Source: Campylobacterota bacterium (GTDB lineage Bacteria > Campylobacterota > Campylobacteria > Campylobacterales > Sulfurimonadaceae). Taken from it: 28,127 nt of DNA. The stretch covers positions 1-28,127 of the forward strand of contig JAYEMF010000001.1 of assembly GCA_034717975.1 (NCBI GenBank). Reading direction: 5' to 3'. The notes beneath the pieces were generated by a model, which saw only the letters and a list, made by a program, of their open reading frames with translations, searched no databases and was not told the origin of the DNA. Each line of letters begins with the position of its first letter. The first letter of the stretch is position 1. The translations under genes were made by a program, and so were the position numbers. Positions 8,174 to 17,167 of this stretch are shown here, piece by piece.

Positions 8174-8998
8174 TTACTCAAACCGCCCAAGTGCTTCTTC
8201 CATCAGTGTGATATGGTAATCTTCCTGAAAGTTGATAAAGGTAAAAAAGTTTTGTAGCTCTTCATGATTGATGGCCGCTGCAATGGCACGGCACTCCTCT
8301 TTTGCGGCGATCTCTTCATCGATGCCGGCTTTGAGAAAATCGGTCAATGAGGTAATCTCGTAGATCTCTTTAGTGATAAAACGGGGAATGGAGAGAATAC
8401 CGAGTTTTGCCATCATGCGGGCAAACGATTTGAGGTGAAACTTCGACTCATCGATAAGTATCTGAAAGATCTCATGCACGCGCTGATCGTTGATCTGACG
8501 CTGTGCATAAGAGTAGATGACGATAAGTTCATACTCTTTATAGGACTCGTCATAGAGAAAGCGCAACAGTGTCGAAAGCGTCTCTTCATCAAACTCATCC
8601 GCACCGTAACGAAGGTTTCTGTCAAAAGCTACAACCGGAGCAGTGTTATCTTTCTGTGTTTGCAATGAAAAACGCATAAAATCCAGATCATGCAACATGC
8701 GTGCTTCCATGGCACTCTCGCCGCCAAGACTCTGCTGCATCGTTTCCAAGGCTTCATCGCACCAAAGCGCAACGTCACCAACAGTTCTGGCTGAAATCTG
8801 CAGCATATCACGTTCATAGCCGTATTCCTTCTTATTGACCACACACTCGTTCTCTACCCAGCGAAGATGACGGTATAGAATTTCGGAGAAGTCATAGAGC
8901 TGCTCTTGAAAGGTAGTGTGATCGAGTGCAAACGAACCAAAAAGGAGCTTGACCCATGTTTCATGCAGAGTCTGAAAAACTGTTTTGCCGTTATGCAT
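8174..8998 (-). CDS. Ferritin-like (di-iron carboxylate) domain protein, probably two tandem four-helix modules
   Basis: C-terminal half has KEYE...IDESKFH...DEEIAA...QEDYH spacing; the N-terminal half shows a degenerate echo (HETW...SEILYRH). Confidence 0.7.
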   Translation of the reverse strand: MHNGKTVFQTLHETWVKLLFGSFALDHTTFQEQLYDFSEILYRHLRWVENECVVNKKEYGYERDMLQISARTVGDVALWCDEALETMQQSLGGESAMEARMLHDLDFMRFSLQTQKDNTAPVVAFDRNLRYGADEFDEETLSTLLRFLYDESYKEYELIVIYSYAQRQINDQRVHEIFQILIDESKFHLKSFARMMAKLGILSIPRFITKEIYEITSLTDFLKAGIDEEIAAKEECRAIAAAINHEELQNFFTFINFQEDYHITLMEEALGRFE

Positions 8999-9449
8999 CT
9001 GCTTCTGCCTTACATACCTGAGTGATCTGTTTGACAGGTATCACTGCATCGGGATCATTCTGACCGGACTCATACTGTTCCAACGCCGCAAGAAAAGCCA
9101 TCGCCACGATCTCTGAACAAGCCGCTTCTTCCGGAGCCAGCTCTTCCAGTTTTTCCATCATGATGCCAGTCAGCACTTTTGCTTCAGGGATATCGACCCC
9201 TTTAATGGTCTCAGTGAACATCGAACCGCTGACCAGCGTTGTCGAACAGGCCTGAACATGAAACATAATCTGCGCGATGAGCTTGGACTCATCAAGTTTG
9301 AAGTAGATGATCACCCGTTCACCGTTGTCAGGATTCTCACCAATCCCTACCCCGTCAAAATCATCCAGCTTCCCATAGTTACGCGGATTACCCATATGGT
9401 CAATAAAGGTTGCCATCATCGGATGTTCATCTTTCAGTTGCTGTGCCAT
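8991..9449 (-). CDS. IscU/NifU-N-like Fe-S scaffold homologue (atypical ligands)
   Basis: DHMGNPRNYGKL...GENPDNGE...ACSTTLVSGSMFTETIKG...AACSE; overlaps the ferritin-like gene by 8 nt. Confidence 0.82.
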   Translation of the reverse strand: MAQQLKDEHPMMATFIDHMGNPRNYGKLDDFDGVGIGENPDNGERVIIYFKLDESKLIAQIMFHVQACSTTLVSGSMFTETIKGVDIPEAKVLTGIMMEKLEELAPEEAACSEIVAMAFLAALEQYESGQNDPDAVIPVKQITQVCKAEADA

Positions 9450-9474
9450 GTCCTACCTTCTTCCAATTTTGCGA

Positions 9475-9519
9475 AGTATAGCACTTCCGAGCTTCTTTTT
9501 GGCTCGCTAACGCTACAAT
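9475..9519. promoter_or_regulatory. Divergent promoters: minus-strand extended -10 TGcTATACT (hexamer 9480-9475) and plus-strand -10 TACAAT (9514-9519)
   Basis: Hexamers seen directly in the 76-bp divergent gap; the plus-strand box lies 6 nt before the ATG at 9526. Confidence 0.55.
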
Positions 9520-9525
9520 ACCGTT

Positions 9526-10374
9526 ATGCAAATCAATGAACACTTGGAACTGGGCGTCATCAACCGCCTGGTCGTAGATAGAAGTACCGTACCCGGCCTT
9601 TTTTTAATGGCCGAAGATGAAAAAGATGTCCTCCTTCCCAACCAGTATGTCACCGATGAGATGGAGATTGGAAGCGAGATCGATGTCTTCGTCTACACCG
9701 ACTCCGAAGACCGTATCGTTGCCACAACCATCCGTCCCAAAGCGATGCTGAATGAATTTGGCTTTTTTGAAGTCGTCGATACCACCCGCTTTGGTGCCTT
9801 TGTCGACTGGGGGCTGCCAAAAGACCTCTTCGTCCCGCGCCAGCTTCAGAAGACCCCTTTCAACATAGGCGACAAGCGGATCCTGCATGTCAGTTATGAT
9901 GAACAGACCCACCGGCTCATCGGTGAGGAGAAGATCACCAAATACCTCACCCACAAGGTTGAAGGGCTCCACACCAACACGCAAGTGAACCTTCTTGTCA
10001 TTGCCAAAACCCCGCTTGGTTTTAAAGTGATCGTCAATAATCAATATGAAGGAATGCTCTTTCACAACGAGATCTTTGAACCGATCCAGACCGGAGACAG
10101 CACGAAGGGCTATGTCAAGATGGTCCGTCCCGATGGAAATCTGGATATCTCCCTGCAGCCCATCGGTGCAGCCAAAAGTGATGCCGCCTCCGAGAAAGTG
10201 ATGCAGTTGCTTCTCGATGCAAACGGGATGCTCCCTTACAACTACAAAAGCGATGCCGAACTGATCAAACAGACGTTTGGTCTCAGCAAGAAGAACTTCA
10301 AGCGGGCATTGACCAAACTGCAAGACGATGCCAAGATTGAAGTCAAAGAGACCGGTATCTACCTAAAGAGTTAA
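9526..10374 (+). CDS. CvfB/YitL family S1-domain RNA-binding protein
   Basis: VFVYTDSEDR, GAFVDWGLPKDLFVP, and C-terminal winged helix FGLSKKNFKRAL. Confidence 0.9.
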   Translation: MQINEHLELGVINRLVVDRSTVPGLFLMAEDEKDVLLPNQYVTDEMEIGSEIDVFVYTDSEDRIVATTIRPKAMLNEFGFFEVVDTTRFGAFVDWGLPKDLFVPRQLQKTPFNIGDKRILHVSYDEQTHRLIGEEKITKYLTHKVEGLHTNTQVNLLVIAKTPLGFKVIVNNQYEGMLFHNEIFEPIQTGDSTKGYVKMVRPDGNLDISLQPIGAAKSDAASEKVMQLLLDANGMLPYNYKSDAELIKQTFGLSKKNFKRALTKLQDDAKIEVKETGIYLKS

Positions 10375-10376
10375 CC

Positions 10377-10583
10377 ATGGCCAAGAAAAAAAGAGCAATC
10401 GAACTAAGCGATAAAAACATCGAGTATGATACGGAAGAGGGACGGGTTAAGGTGATCCGCTTCAATCCGAACAATCAAAGTGTCGACGTCAACCTCTATG
10501 TCAAAGAAGAAAAGGTCAAATCGGTCTCCATCGCATTTGCCCACCTTCCAAAACCCATTAAAAAACTGGTCAGACCCCTTTAA
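10377..10583 (+). CDS. Small basic hypothetical protein
   Basis: 68-aa ORF starting 2 nt after the cvfB-like stop; ends FAHLPKPIKKLVRPL. Confidence 0.7.
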   Translation: MAKKKRAIELSDKNIEYDTEEGRVKVIRFNPNNQSVDVNLYVKEEKVKSVSIAFAHLPKPIKKLVRPL

Positions 10584-10592
10584 GGATAGAGT

Positions 10593-10739
10593 TTGCAAGA
10601 GAGTAATGCCACCGGATTTTCCGCTTTTATCGAGTCTGTCGGCGGAGCCGATATGTTTATCTGGATCGTTATGTTCAGTGCCATGGTAATTTTTGTTCTT
10701 GTCATGGCCTACATCAACAAAGACGCCGAAAGGGATTAA
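10593..10739 (+). CDS. 48-aa single-pass membrane protein (not in ORF track)
   Basis: AAGGA RBS at 10582-10586, TTG start; MQESNATGFSAFIESVGGADMFIWIVMFSAMVIFVLVMAYINKDAERD*; fills the gap between neighbouring plus-strand genes. Confidence 0.7.
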   Translation: MQESNATGFSAFIESVGGADMFIWIVMFSAMVIFVLVMAYINKDAERD

Positions 10740-10741
10740 TA

Positions 10742-11065
10742 ATGACCGGTTCAATGAAAATCACTTACACCGTACTGTGTGACAACGACCTCGATAAAAG
10801 TATCACGGTCAAACAGCTTTTAAAAAATGAAAAAGTGACCAAAGCCATCAAGAGTGCTTTTGCGCCGCAGCTTCGCAATATTGAACTGCTCTCACTTGCA
10901 GACGAGTGCCTTAAGATCGCTACCATCAAAAAAGAGTATACCTTTGAGATTTCAAAGGACGATTTTGCCGATGCCCTTACTCTGGCGGAAGAGGATGCCA
11001 GAAAACGCAAGCTTTTCAAAAAAGGGTGTGACAGGGTTGAACTGATCGATATTGTGACAGTTTAA
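10742..11065 (+). CDS. Hypothetical protein
   Basis: 107-aa ORF (alternative ATG at 10754), co-directional and tightly packed with upstream genes. Confidence 0.72.
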   Translation: MTGSMKITYTVLCDNDLDKSITVKQLLKNEKVTKAIKSAFAPQLRNIELLSLADECLKIATIKKEYTFEISKDDFADALTLAEEDARKRKLFKKGCDRVELIDIVTV

Positions 11066-11069
11066 TCCG

Positions 11070-11945
11070 TCACTGTTGAGAAACCGTATACCCTTTTTGC
11101 TTCAATAAAGTGACAATCCCCTCTTTACCAATGACATGCCCTGCCCCCACAACGACAAAGTAGACTTTCTCAGTCTTCATGAAATTCACTATTTTTTCGG
11201 TCATCTTGTGGTTGCGTTTTGTGATCAGGTCGTCATAAACATCTTGAAGCTCTGCATCATCCTGCATAGAGAGGAGAAATATTTTCTCCATCGCTTCTGC
11301 ATTGCCGTTTCGCCAGCTGTCAGACAGCTGCTTAAGCATCGGCTCTATCTCATGCATGGACGCTAAGGTGTATCGCAACAACTTGTCTTGATAGACCTTG
11401 TCATCTCTACTCAAAAGCGCCATCTGCTCCTGGATGGTTTCAAGCTCCAGCACACTTTTTTTAGCCACTCTTGCCCTCTCTAAAAAGTGCTTATCAATGC
11501 CGAATTCAGGTGAGTAGCCCAAACGGATCATTTCGGTCATCGCAAGCTGCAACATCACGACCCATGGTCGCATCTGCTCCATTGCAGAGAGCTGGAGCCC
11601 TGTTTTGTCAGCATAGTTTTGTAAGGCACTGTAGGTTTTTGGTGACAGTTCGGTCTTCAGGCTTTTTGATGGCGGGTAGACCCCCAATTTCATCATAGCC
11701 TTCTGCATCACCATCACGGCCTCTGCATTTTCCACATCAACCTCAACGACCAGGACGTCACTCTTTTGATAAGCTTCTTCTATTGGCCTGTCGAGAGGGT
11801 AGAACTCCGGCTTTGCCAAATGGATGGAGCCTAAGATATAGAGCGTACTTGCTTTGGAACTGACTTTATAGAGTAGACTTCTTGCCTCTAGCGTGAATGA
11901 AAAGAGGAGCGATACTATAAATATGTAACTTAAAGGTTTAATCAT
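11070..11945 (-). CDS. TraB/GumN (Tiki-like) family exported protein
   Basis: LYILGSIH, GIDKHF, LETIQEQ, KRNHKM, VVVGAGHVIG; the likely start ATG 11945 gives signal peptide MIKPLSYIFIVSLLFSFTLEA. Confidence 0.88.
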   Translation of the reverse strand: MIKPLSYIFIVSLLFSFTLEARSLLYKVSSKASTLYILGSIHLAKPEFYPLDRPIEEAYQKSDVLVVEVDVENAEAVMVMQKAMMKLGVYPPSKSLKTELSPKTYSALQNYADKTGLQLSAMEQMRPWVVMLQLAMTEMIRLGYSPEFGIDKHFLERARVAKKSVLELETIQEQMALLSRDDKVYQDKLLRYTLASMHEIEPMLKQLSDSWRNGNAEAMEKIFLLSMQDDAELQDVYDDLITKRNHKMTEKIVNFMKTEKVYFVVVGAGHVIGKEGIVTLLKQKGYTVSQQ

Positions 11946-12040
11946 GACCAATCCATCTTCATCTCTATTGGCAAAGATTATAGTGCAACTTCTCTTTGGA
12001 ACACCCTTTGCTGAAGTTAATAACTTATGAAGGAGAAACA

Positions 12041-12310
12041 ATGCAAAAGATTCTGATTGAAAAACTGAGCGGTTTTCCGCAAAAACTGACCAATCTGCAG
12101 TGGCTGGAAGAGGAGCTGCATGATCTTAACCAGGACGATATGTCGCTCGGATGGAACTGTCAGCGAAAGTGTATTGAACACCGTTTCAGTGACGACTGGG
12201 ATGTAGAGTATGCCGTCTTACAGCACTGGGCTGACCATGTCGGTGCCCGGTTCAATATCACCGACGAAGCCAACAATGAAGGCTATTACAGCGCGTTTAT
12301 CTACGCCTAA
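12041..12310 (+). CDS. Small acidic hypothetical protein (89 aa)
   Basis: Strong AAGGAG RBS before ATG 12041; the stop overlaps the convergent glycosyltransferase stop. Confidence 0.7.
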   Translation: MQKILIEKLSGFPQKLTNLQWLEEELHDLNQDDMSLGWNCQRKCIEHRFSDDWDVEYAVLQHWADHVGARFNITDEANNEGYYSAFIYA

Positions 12311-13419
12311 AGTCCTTCAAGCTCTTCATAGAGCTTTTTGGCCATGATCTCATAGTTTCGTTCAAGCCCCAGCAGTTTCTTCTGACCCGCCTCGCCGATC
12401 CTGGCGATCTCATCAAGCGAATAGCCCATCACCGCTTCGAGTTTGGCAGTAATAGATGCCACCTCATAATCACAGAAGAAGGCATTCTCCCCATCCTTAA
12501 AAAGCGAACGGTTCTTCTCATTATTGGTCAACAGTGTAGGCATACTGCAGGTGTAGTAATCCATCACTTTAGCCGGCAGTGCAGCACCATGCGAAGAGAG
12601 GTTTGGAAGCAGACCGATACCGATGTCGCATGCATGAATCTGCTCCATCAGCTCATTCAGATTCTCGGCATGAAGCACCGTAATCTTCTCGGCGATCTGA
12701 GGAAACTGCCCGATCACTCCCCTTACATAGTCAGGATTGAAAGTAGAGATGTGCAGACACCAGTTTGTTGCCTTCAGGCTCTGAAGTGCTTCAAGAATCA
12801 CCTCAAAACGCTGCAGTTTATCGACCGTACCGACATAGATAAAGGTGATATCATCCCCTGTTGTATGAAGATAAGACTGAACACGCTCAGGATCAAGTCC
12901 GGGAGGGAGCGGATGAGACTTCACACGAATCTCTTTGTAAAAGAGCTCTTCCATACGATCGGAGATCGGCATGAACAGATCACACTGATTGATCAGTTTG
13001 GAAGTGGTGTAATCTCCGATCTTTCGTTTAACATCAGTTAAAAAACCGCCTTTATTTTCAAGCTCCTGCTCCTCAAAAGACTGTGTTGTTCGAGGGACAG
13101 AGACTCTGAAACCCACCTTGTAGTTAAACTGTGTCTTTGAGGCCAACACCTGTTTGAGGACATCATACATATTCCGTACAAAAACAAAATCGTAAGAGAG
13201 CAGGTCTACTCCTTTAGCCTCAAGGTAGCAGCATATCTCTTTTGTATACTGTTCAGGGACAACGTAGTCACTCCCTTTTTGCTGAAAACTGTGCTTGAAC
13301 TTGGTAAAGTAGACAATATTGACATGCATATGCTCTTTGAGATAGCCGTTGAAAAGCGGACCGATGGCACCGTGATCCGTATACTCCTGCTGGTCTGTAA
13401 TATATAACAATCGTTTCAT
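12307..13419 (-). CDS. Glycosyltransferase family 4 (GT-B fold)
   Basis: FMPISDRM, PPGLD, FIYVGTVDKLQ, CDIGI, PAKVMDYYTCSMPTL, GENAF. Confidence 0.82.
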   Translation of the reverse strand: MKRLLYITDQQEYTDHGAIGPLFNGYLKEHMHVNIVYFTKFKHSFQQKGSDYVVPEQYTKEICCYLEAKGVDLLSYDFVFVRNMYDVLKQVLASKTQFNYKVGFRVSVPRTTQSFEEQELENKGGFLTDVKRKIGDYTTSKLINQCDLFMPISDRMEELFYKEIRVKSHPLPPGLDPERVQSYLHTTGDDITFIYVGTVDKLQRFEVILEALQSLKATNWCLHISTFNPDYVRGVIGQFPQIAEKITVLHAENLNELMEQIHACDIGIGLLPNLSSHGAALPAKVMDYYTCSMPTLLTNNEKNRSLFKDGENAFFCDYEVASITAKLEAVMGYSLDEIARIGEAGQKKLLGLERNYEIMAKKLYEELEGL

Positions 13420-13422
13420 CGC

Positions 13423-14763
13423 TTACTCCTCTACCAGATCATTGTTGAAAGCTGCTTGATCAAAATTAAAGCCTAGGTAATCACAGATCACCTTCACGTC
13501 ACGTTCCGCATTGCCAAGACAACTCGTCGCTCCCGGAGAAGGTGTCATATTGAAGATGATCCCCTCCCCTGAATTGAGTGAAGACTCACCCAGCATCAAT
13601 TTTCGGTTTTTCTTGTCGAGCACCTGTGGCCGTACCCCACCAAAACCTTTCGCATAGGTAATATCTTCAGGTTTCAGCGAAGGAACAATTTTTTGGGCAT
13701 CTCTAATAAAGAGCTGTTTGTTCAGATAGGGGACTTCAAACAGAAAATTTCTGAAAATGTAGTTTCGGATATCACTGTCCGAGAGCAGATCGTAAAAAAT
13801 CGATATCGCATTCAGATCGAGCCGAAGTGTCTTGAAAAAATCAAGGTAGGTACCCGATTTGAAACGCTCGAGTTTGGGCAGGATCAGCGCTGTCGGTCCA
13901 AAGCGGGTATAGCCATTGACCAGGATATCGGGATCGCCATGCAGCGCTGCAAACGGAAGTTTTGGATTTTGTACCATATAGACCTTGCCGTTGAGGATCT
14001 TTTTGGTTGAGATATAGAAACTTCCCGCTACCGGCAAGGTTGCCAGGTCCAGTCCATGCCCCATCTGCTGGGCGATATAGAGACTGTGTGCACCGGCATT
14101 GACAACAACCGCATCTGCCGTAAACTGGCCGATCGTTGTCTGGACATGGAAATGGCTTCCCAGTTTTTGGATATCGAGCACCTGTGAGTTAAAAAAGACA
14201 TCGGTCACTTTATCTTCTATATTCAGGGTATTATCAATAAAACTGACGCTCAGGGCCTTGAAGTCAACCGTTGTATTCTGTCCCTGTGCACCGACACCGA
14301 CAATATCGTCCGGACGCTCTTTGCCATTTTCATCATAAACAACCGAAGGTTCTATCTCTGCCAGTTTGGCTTTGTCGTACACTTCCATATAGGGGTAAAG
14401 TTCTTGAAACTCATTATGGCGTTTGAGCATATAGTCGACCTCTTCATAGCCGACACCCAGCGCCATCTTCTGATGCGAAAAGAGAATACGATCTTTATAA
14501 CCGTGCTGCAGACAGTACTTCTCTACCATCTTCGCTGTCTTTTTTACTTTAGCTGCTTTATCGAGGGTATAGTTGGTCTCGATATCGCCGCAGTGGATGG
14601 TCTGTGAATTGGCAGATCCGCTGGAATTCAGCGTTGCCAGTGATTCATACTTTTCCAGAAGACAGATTTTTTTTACATCTGTATAACGTCCCAACTCATA
14701 AAAGAGGGCGGCACCGGACACTCCCCCTCCAACAATAATCACATCATAATGGTTCTGGGTCAT
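13423..14763 (-). CDS. mqo: Malate:quinone oxidoreductase, Helicobacter/Campylobacter type
   Basis: GGGVSG FAD motif, NSQTIHCGDIETNYT, LPFAALHGDPD, GGVRPQ, NMTPSPGATSCL. Confidence 0.85.
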   Translation of the reverse strand: MTQNHYDVIIVGGGVSGAALFYELGRYTDVKKICLLEKYESLATLNSSGSANSQTIHCGDIETNYTLDKAAKVKKTAKMVEKYCLQHGYKDRILFSHQKMALGVGYEEVDYMLKRHNEFQELYPYMEVYDKAKLAEIEPSVVYDENGKERPDDIVGVGAQGQNTTVDFKALSVSFIDNTLNIEDKVTDVFFNSQVLDIQKLGSHFHVQTTIGQFTADAVVVNAGAHSLYIAQQMGHGLDLATLPVAGSFYISTKKILNGKVYMVQNPKLPFAALHGDPDILVNGYTRFGPTALILPKLERFKSGTYLDFFKTLRLDLNAISIFYDLLSDSDIRNYIFRNFLFEVPYLNKQLFIRDAQKIVPSLKPEDITYAKGFGGVRPQVLDKKNRKLMLGESSLNSGEGIIFNMTPSPGATSCLGNAERDVKVICDYLGFNFDQAAFNNDLVEE

Positions 14764-14883
14764 CAATTTTCCAATCGTTCATATTAAAATAGGAGATATT
14801 TTATTAAGTTTAACTAGCCTTCTCTTTAACTAGTCTTACATATGGCGGATCGTAAAAAAACGGTGACAGATTAGGTAATAATA

Positions 14884-14913
14884 AAAGTCAGGGGCAGTGA
14901 GAACTGCTCCCGA
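14884..14913 (-). terminator. Probable intrinsic terminator after infA
   Basis: Minus strand gggagcagt-tctc-actgcccct followed by gactttt, immediately after the infA stop. Confidence 0.7.
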
Positions 14914-15132
14914 TTATTTGTAGCGGTAAGTAATACGGCCTTTGTCAAGGCTGTATGGAGTAAGTTCGATTTTCACACGGTCACCCGGTAAAATCTTGAT
15001 GTAGTGCATACGCATCTTACCGGCGATATGACACAAGATCACATGCCCATTCTCAAGCTCTACTCGAAACGTTGCGTTCGGCAGTGCTTCAACTATTTTT
15101 CCGTCGACCTCAATGACATCATCTTTAGCCAT
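14914..15132 (-). CDS. infA: Translation initiation factor IF-1
   Basis: [11 protein letters not shown]...LPNATFRV...[14 protein letters not shown]. Confidence 0.98.
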   Translation of the reverse strand: MAKDDVIEVDGKIVEALPNATFRVELENGHVILCHIAGKMRMHYIKILPGDRVKIELTPYSLDKGRITYRYK

Positions 15133-15900
15133 CTATGCTCCTTTTGGAAGTGATAATATTTCAGCTTTGCCGTTGATAACAGCAACTGTATGTTCGTAAT
15201 GTGACCCGCGCAGTCCGTCTGAACTGACGACATCCCAGCCATTGTCTAGAATGACCGCTTTACCCTCTTTCTGACAGATCATAGGCTCCAGGCAAAATAC
15301 CATGCCGTTTTTGATCTTCGGTCCCGATTTCGGGTTATTGCCTTCAAGATAGTTAGGGATCTCCGGCTCTTCATGCGGCTTTTTCCCGATACCGTGTCCA
15401 CAGAAACCTCGAAGCGGCACAAAACCGCGCTCGAGGATAAACTGTTCCATCGCATGGGAGAGCTCTTTGAAACGCATTCCATCTCTGATAGTATCGATCG
15501 CGAAGTAAAGCGTATCTTTTGCACATGCAATGAGTGCTTCATCTTCTTGAGTGACACTGCCCACCGGCAGAGAAATAGCGGCATCACCGAAGTAACCGTC
15601 CAACTCTGTTCCGATATCAAAACCGATCACATCACCATCCTGAAGTCTGTAATCCGAAGGAATACCATGGATAATCACTTCGTTCAATGAAGTACATACG
15701 GCATTGGGGAATCCATAAAGCCCTTTAAATGACGGCTTTGCACCATGTGAACGGATATAATCCTCTGCCATGGCATCAAGTTCTTTCAAAGTCATTCCGG
15801 GTTTTGTATGGGTTTCAAGAAGATGAAGTGCACCGCCAACAATGACATTGGCAGCACGGAGTTTTTCAATTTCGTGGGGTTTGCGAAGCGCAATGGCCAT
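15133..15900 (-). CDS. map: Methionine aminopeptidase type I
   Basis: CTSLNEVIIHGIP, GHGIG..PHEEP, EPMI, HYEHT. Confidence 0.97.
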   Translation of the reverse strand: MAIALRKPHEIEKLRAANVIVGGALHLLETHTKPGMTLKELDAMAEDYIRSHGAKPSFKGLYGFPNAVCTSLNEVIIHGIPSDYRLQDGDVIGFDIGTELDGYFGDAAISLPVGSVTQEDEALIACAKDTLYFAIDTIRDGMRFKELSHAMEQFILERGFVPLRGFCGHGIGKKPHEEPEIPNYLEGNNPKSGPKIKNGMVFCLEPMICQKEGKAVILDNGWDVVSSDGLRGSHYEHTVAVINGKAEILSLPKGA

Positions 15901-15902
15901 CG

Positions 15903-17165
15903 TTAGAGACCAACCGCACTTAATGTTTCATATTTGCTCATATAAATCTGAGCTTCGATCTTACGCATAGTATCAAGAGCCACCTGAACAACGATCAGTA
16001 CCGCTGTACCGCCAAAGAAGAAAGGAACACCCATTCCCTGGATGATCATAAATGGCAGTGTAGCAACAAGACCGAGGTAAAGCGCCCCGCTGAATGTCAG
16101 ACGGCTTGCCACTTCATTCAAGAACTCTTTGGTCGAATTACCCGGACGTACGCCCGGGATAAATCCACCTTGTCGTTTCAGGTTATCAGCGATATCTTTA
16201 GCATTGAAAACAATCGATGCATAAAAGTAGGCAAAGAAGACCACAAACAAAAAGGTCAAAAAGTTAAAGAAGTAGCCATTCGGATTCAAGACATCCGCTA
16301 CCGCCTGAACATACGGGTTGGTACTCGATGAGAGCACCGTCATCGGAAACATCAGAATCGCCGAAGCGAAGATGACCGGGATAACACCCGAAAGGTTAAC
16401 CTTGACAGGGATATAGTTCATTACGCGCTTGTTCTGGTTTTGCATCATCGTCTTTTTGGCATAAGTCACCGGAATACGGCGCTCACCCAGTTCGACATAA
16501 ATGATAATAAATACCGTCACAAGAATCAAGATCAGGATCCCGATCAACGTGATAAAGCTCATAGCCCCTGTGTTGATCATCGTCACCGACTGACCAATCG
16601 CACTTGGAATCGCTGAAACGATCCCGGCGAAGATGATCAATGAGATACCGTTACCAATACCGCTTTGAGTGATCTGTTCACCGATCCACATCAACAACAT
16701 TGTTCCCGCAAGCATAGATACCGCTGAAATAAGGATGAAGGTGTTCTGATCGATAAGAATTGCACTGCCGCCGTCTTTACCTGTCAATGACTGCAGACCG
16801 ACGCTTACACCGATTGCCTGTACCAGGGTAATAGCAATGGTTGCATAGCGGATGATCTGCATATATTTCACCATTCCGTCACGCTCTTTTTTCATCTGCC
16901 CGAGATTTGGGAAGGTTGCTGCAAGCAGTTCCATGATGATCGAAGCGGTGATGTAAGGCATGATACCGAGTGAAATGATTGAGAGGCGTTCTACGGCGTT
17001 ACCGCTGAACATATTGAACAGTCCCAGAGCGTCTGCCTGGTGTGAGTCAAAGAAAGAGGCGATTACTGCAGTGTCAACTCCCGGTACCGGCACATAAGCC
17101 AGTAACCGGTACAGAAACAAAAAACCGATCGTAATCAGAATTTTATTTATGAGTTGTTTGTTCAC
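15903..17165 (-). CDS. secY: Preprotein translocase SecY
   Basis: LGIMPYITASII, GIGNGISLIIFAGI, FIPGVRPG; GTG start. Confidence 0.98.
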   Translation of the reverse strand: MNKQLINKILITIGFLFLYRLLAYVPVPGVDTAVIASFFDSHQADALGLFNMFSGNAVERLSIISLGIMPYITASIIMELLAATFPNLGQMKKERDGMVKYMQIIRYATIAITLVQAIGVSVGLQSLTGKDGGSAILIDQNTFILISAVSMLAGTMLLMWIGEQITQSGIGNGISLIIFAGIVSAIPSAIGQSVTMINTGAMSFITLIGILILILVTVFIIIYVELGERRIPVTYAKKTMMQNQNKRVMNYIPVKVNLSGVIPVIFASAILMFPMTVLSSSTNPYVQAVADVLNPNGYFFNFLTFLFVVFFAYFYASIVFNAKDIADNLKRQGGFIPGVRPGNSTKEFLNEVASRLTFSGALYLGLVATLPFMIIQGMGVPFFFGGTAVLIVVQVALDTMRKIEAQIYMSKYETLSAVGL

Positions 17166-17167
17166 AG

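Noticed and set aside
9604..10323. Long antisense ORFs (239 aa here; also 1382-1891, 5602-6117, 21919-22536 and others)
   Set aside because: Shadow frames opposite well-supported genes, with no motifs or RBS.
14809..14833. Direct repeat TTTAACTAG x2 upstream of mqo, and palindrome TATTGATCAATA at 4802-4813
   Set aside because: Short AT-rich matches that could arise by chance; no regulator can be assigned without comparative data.
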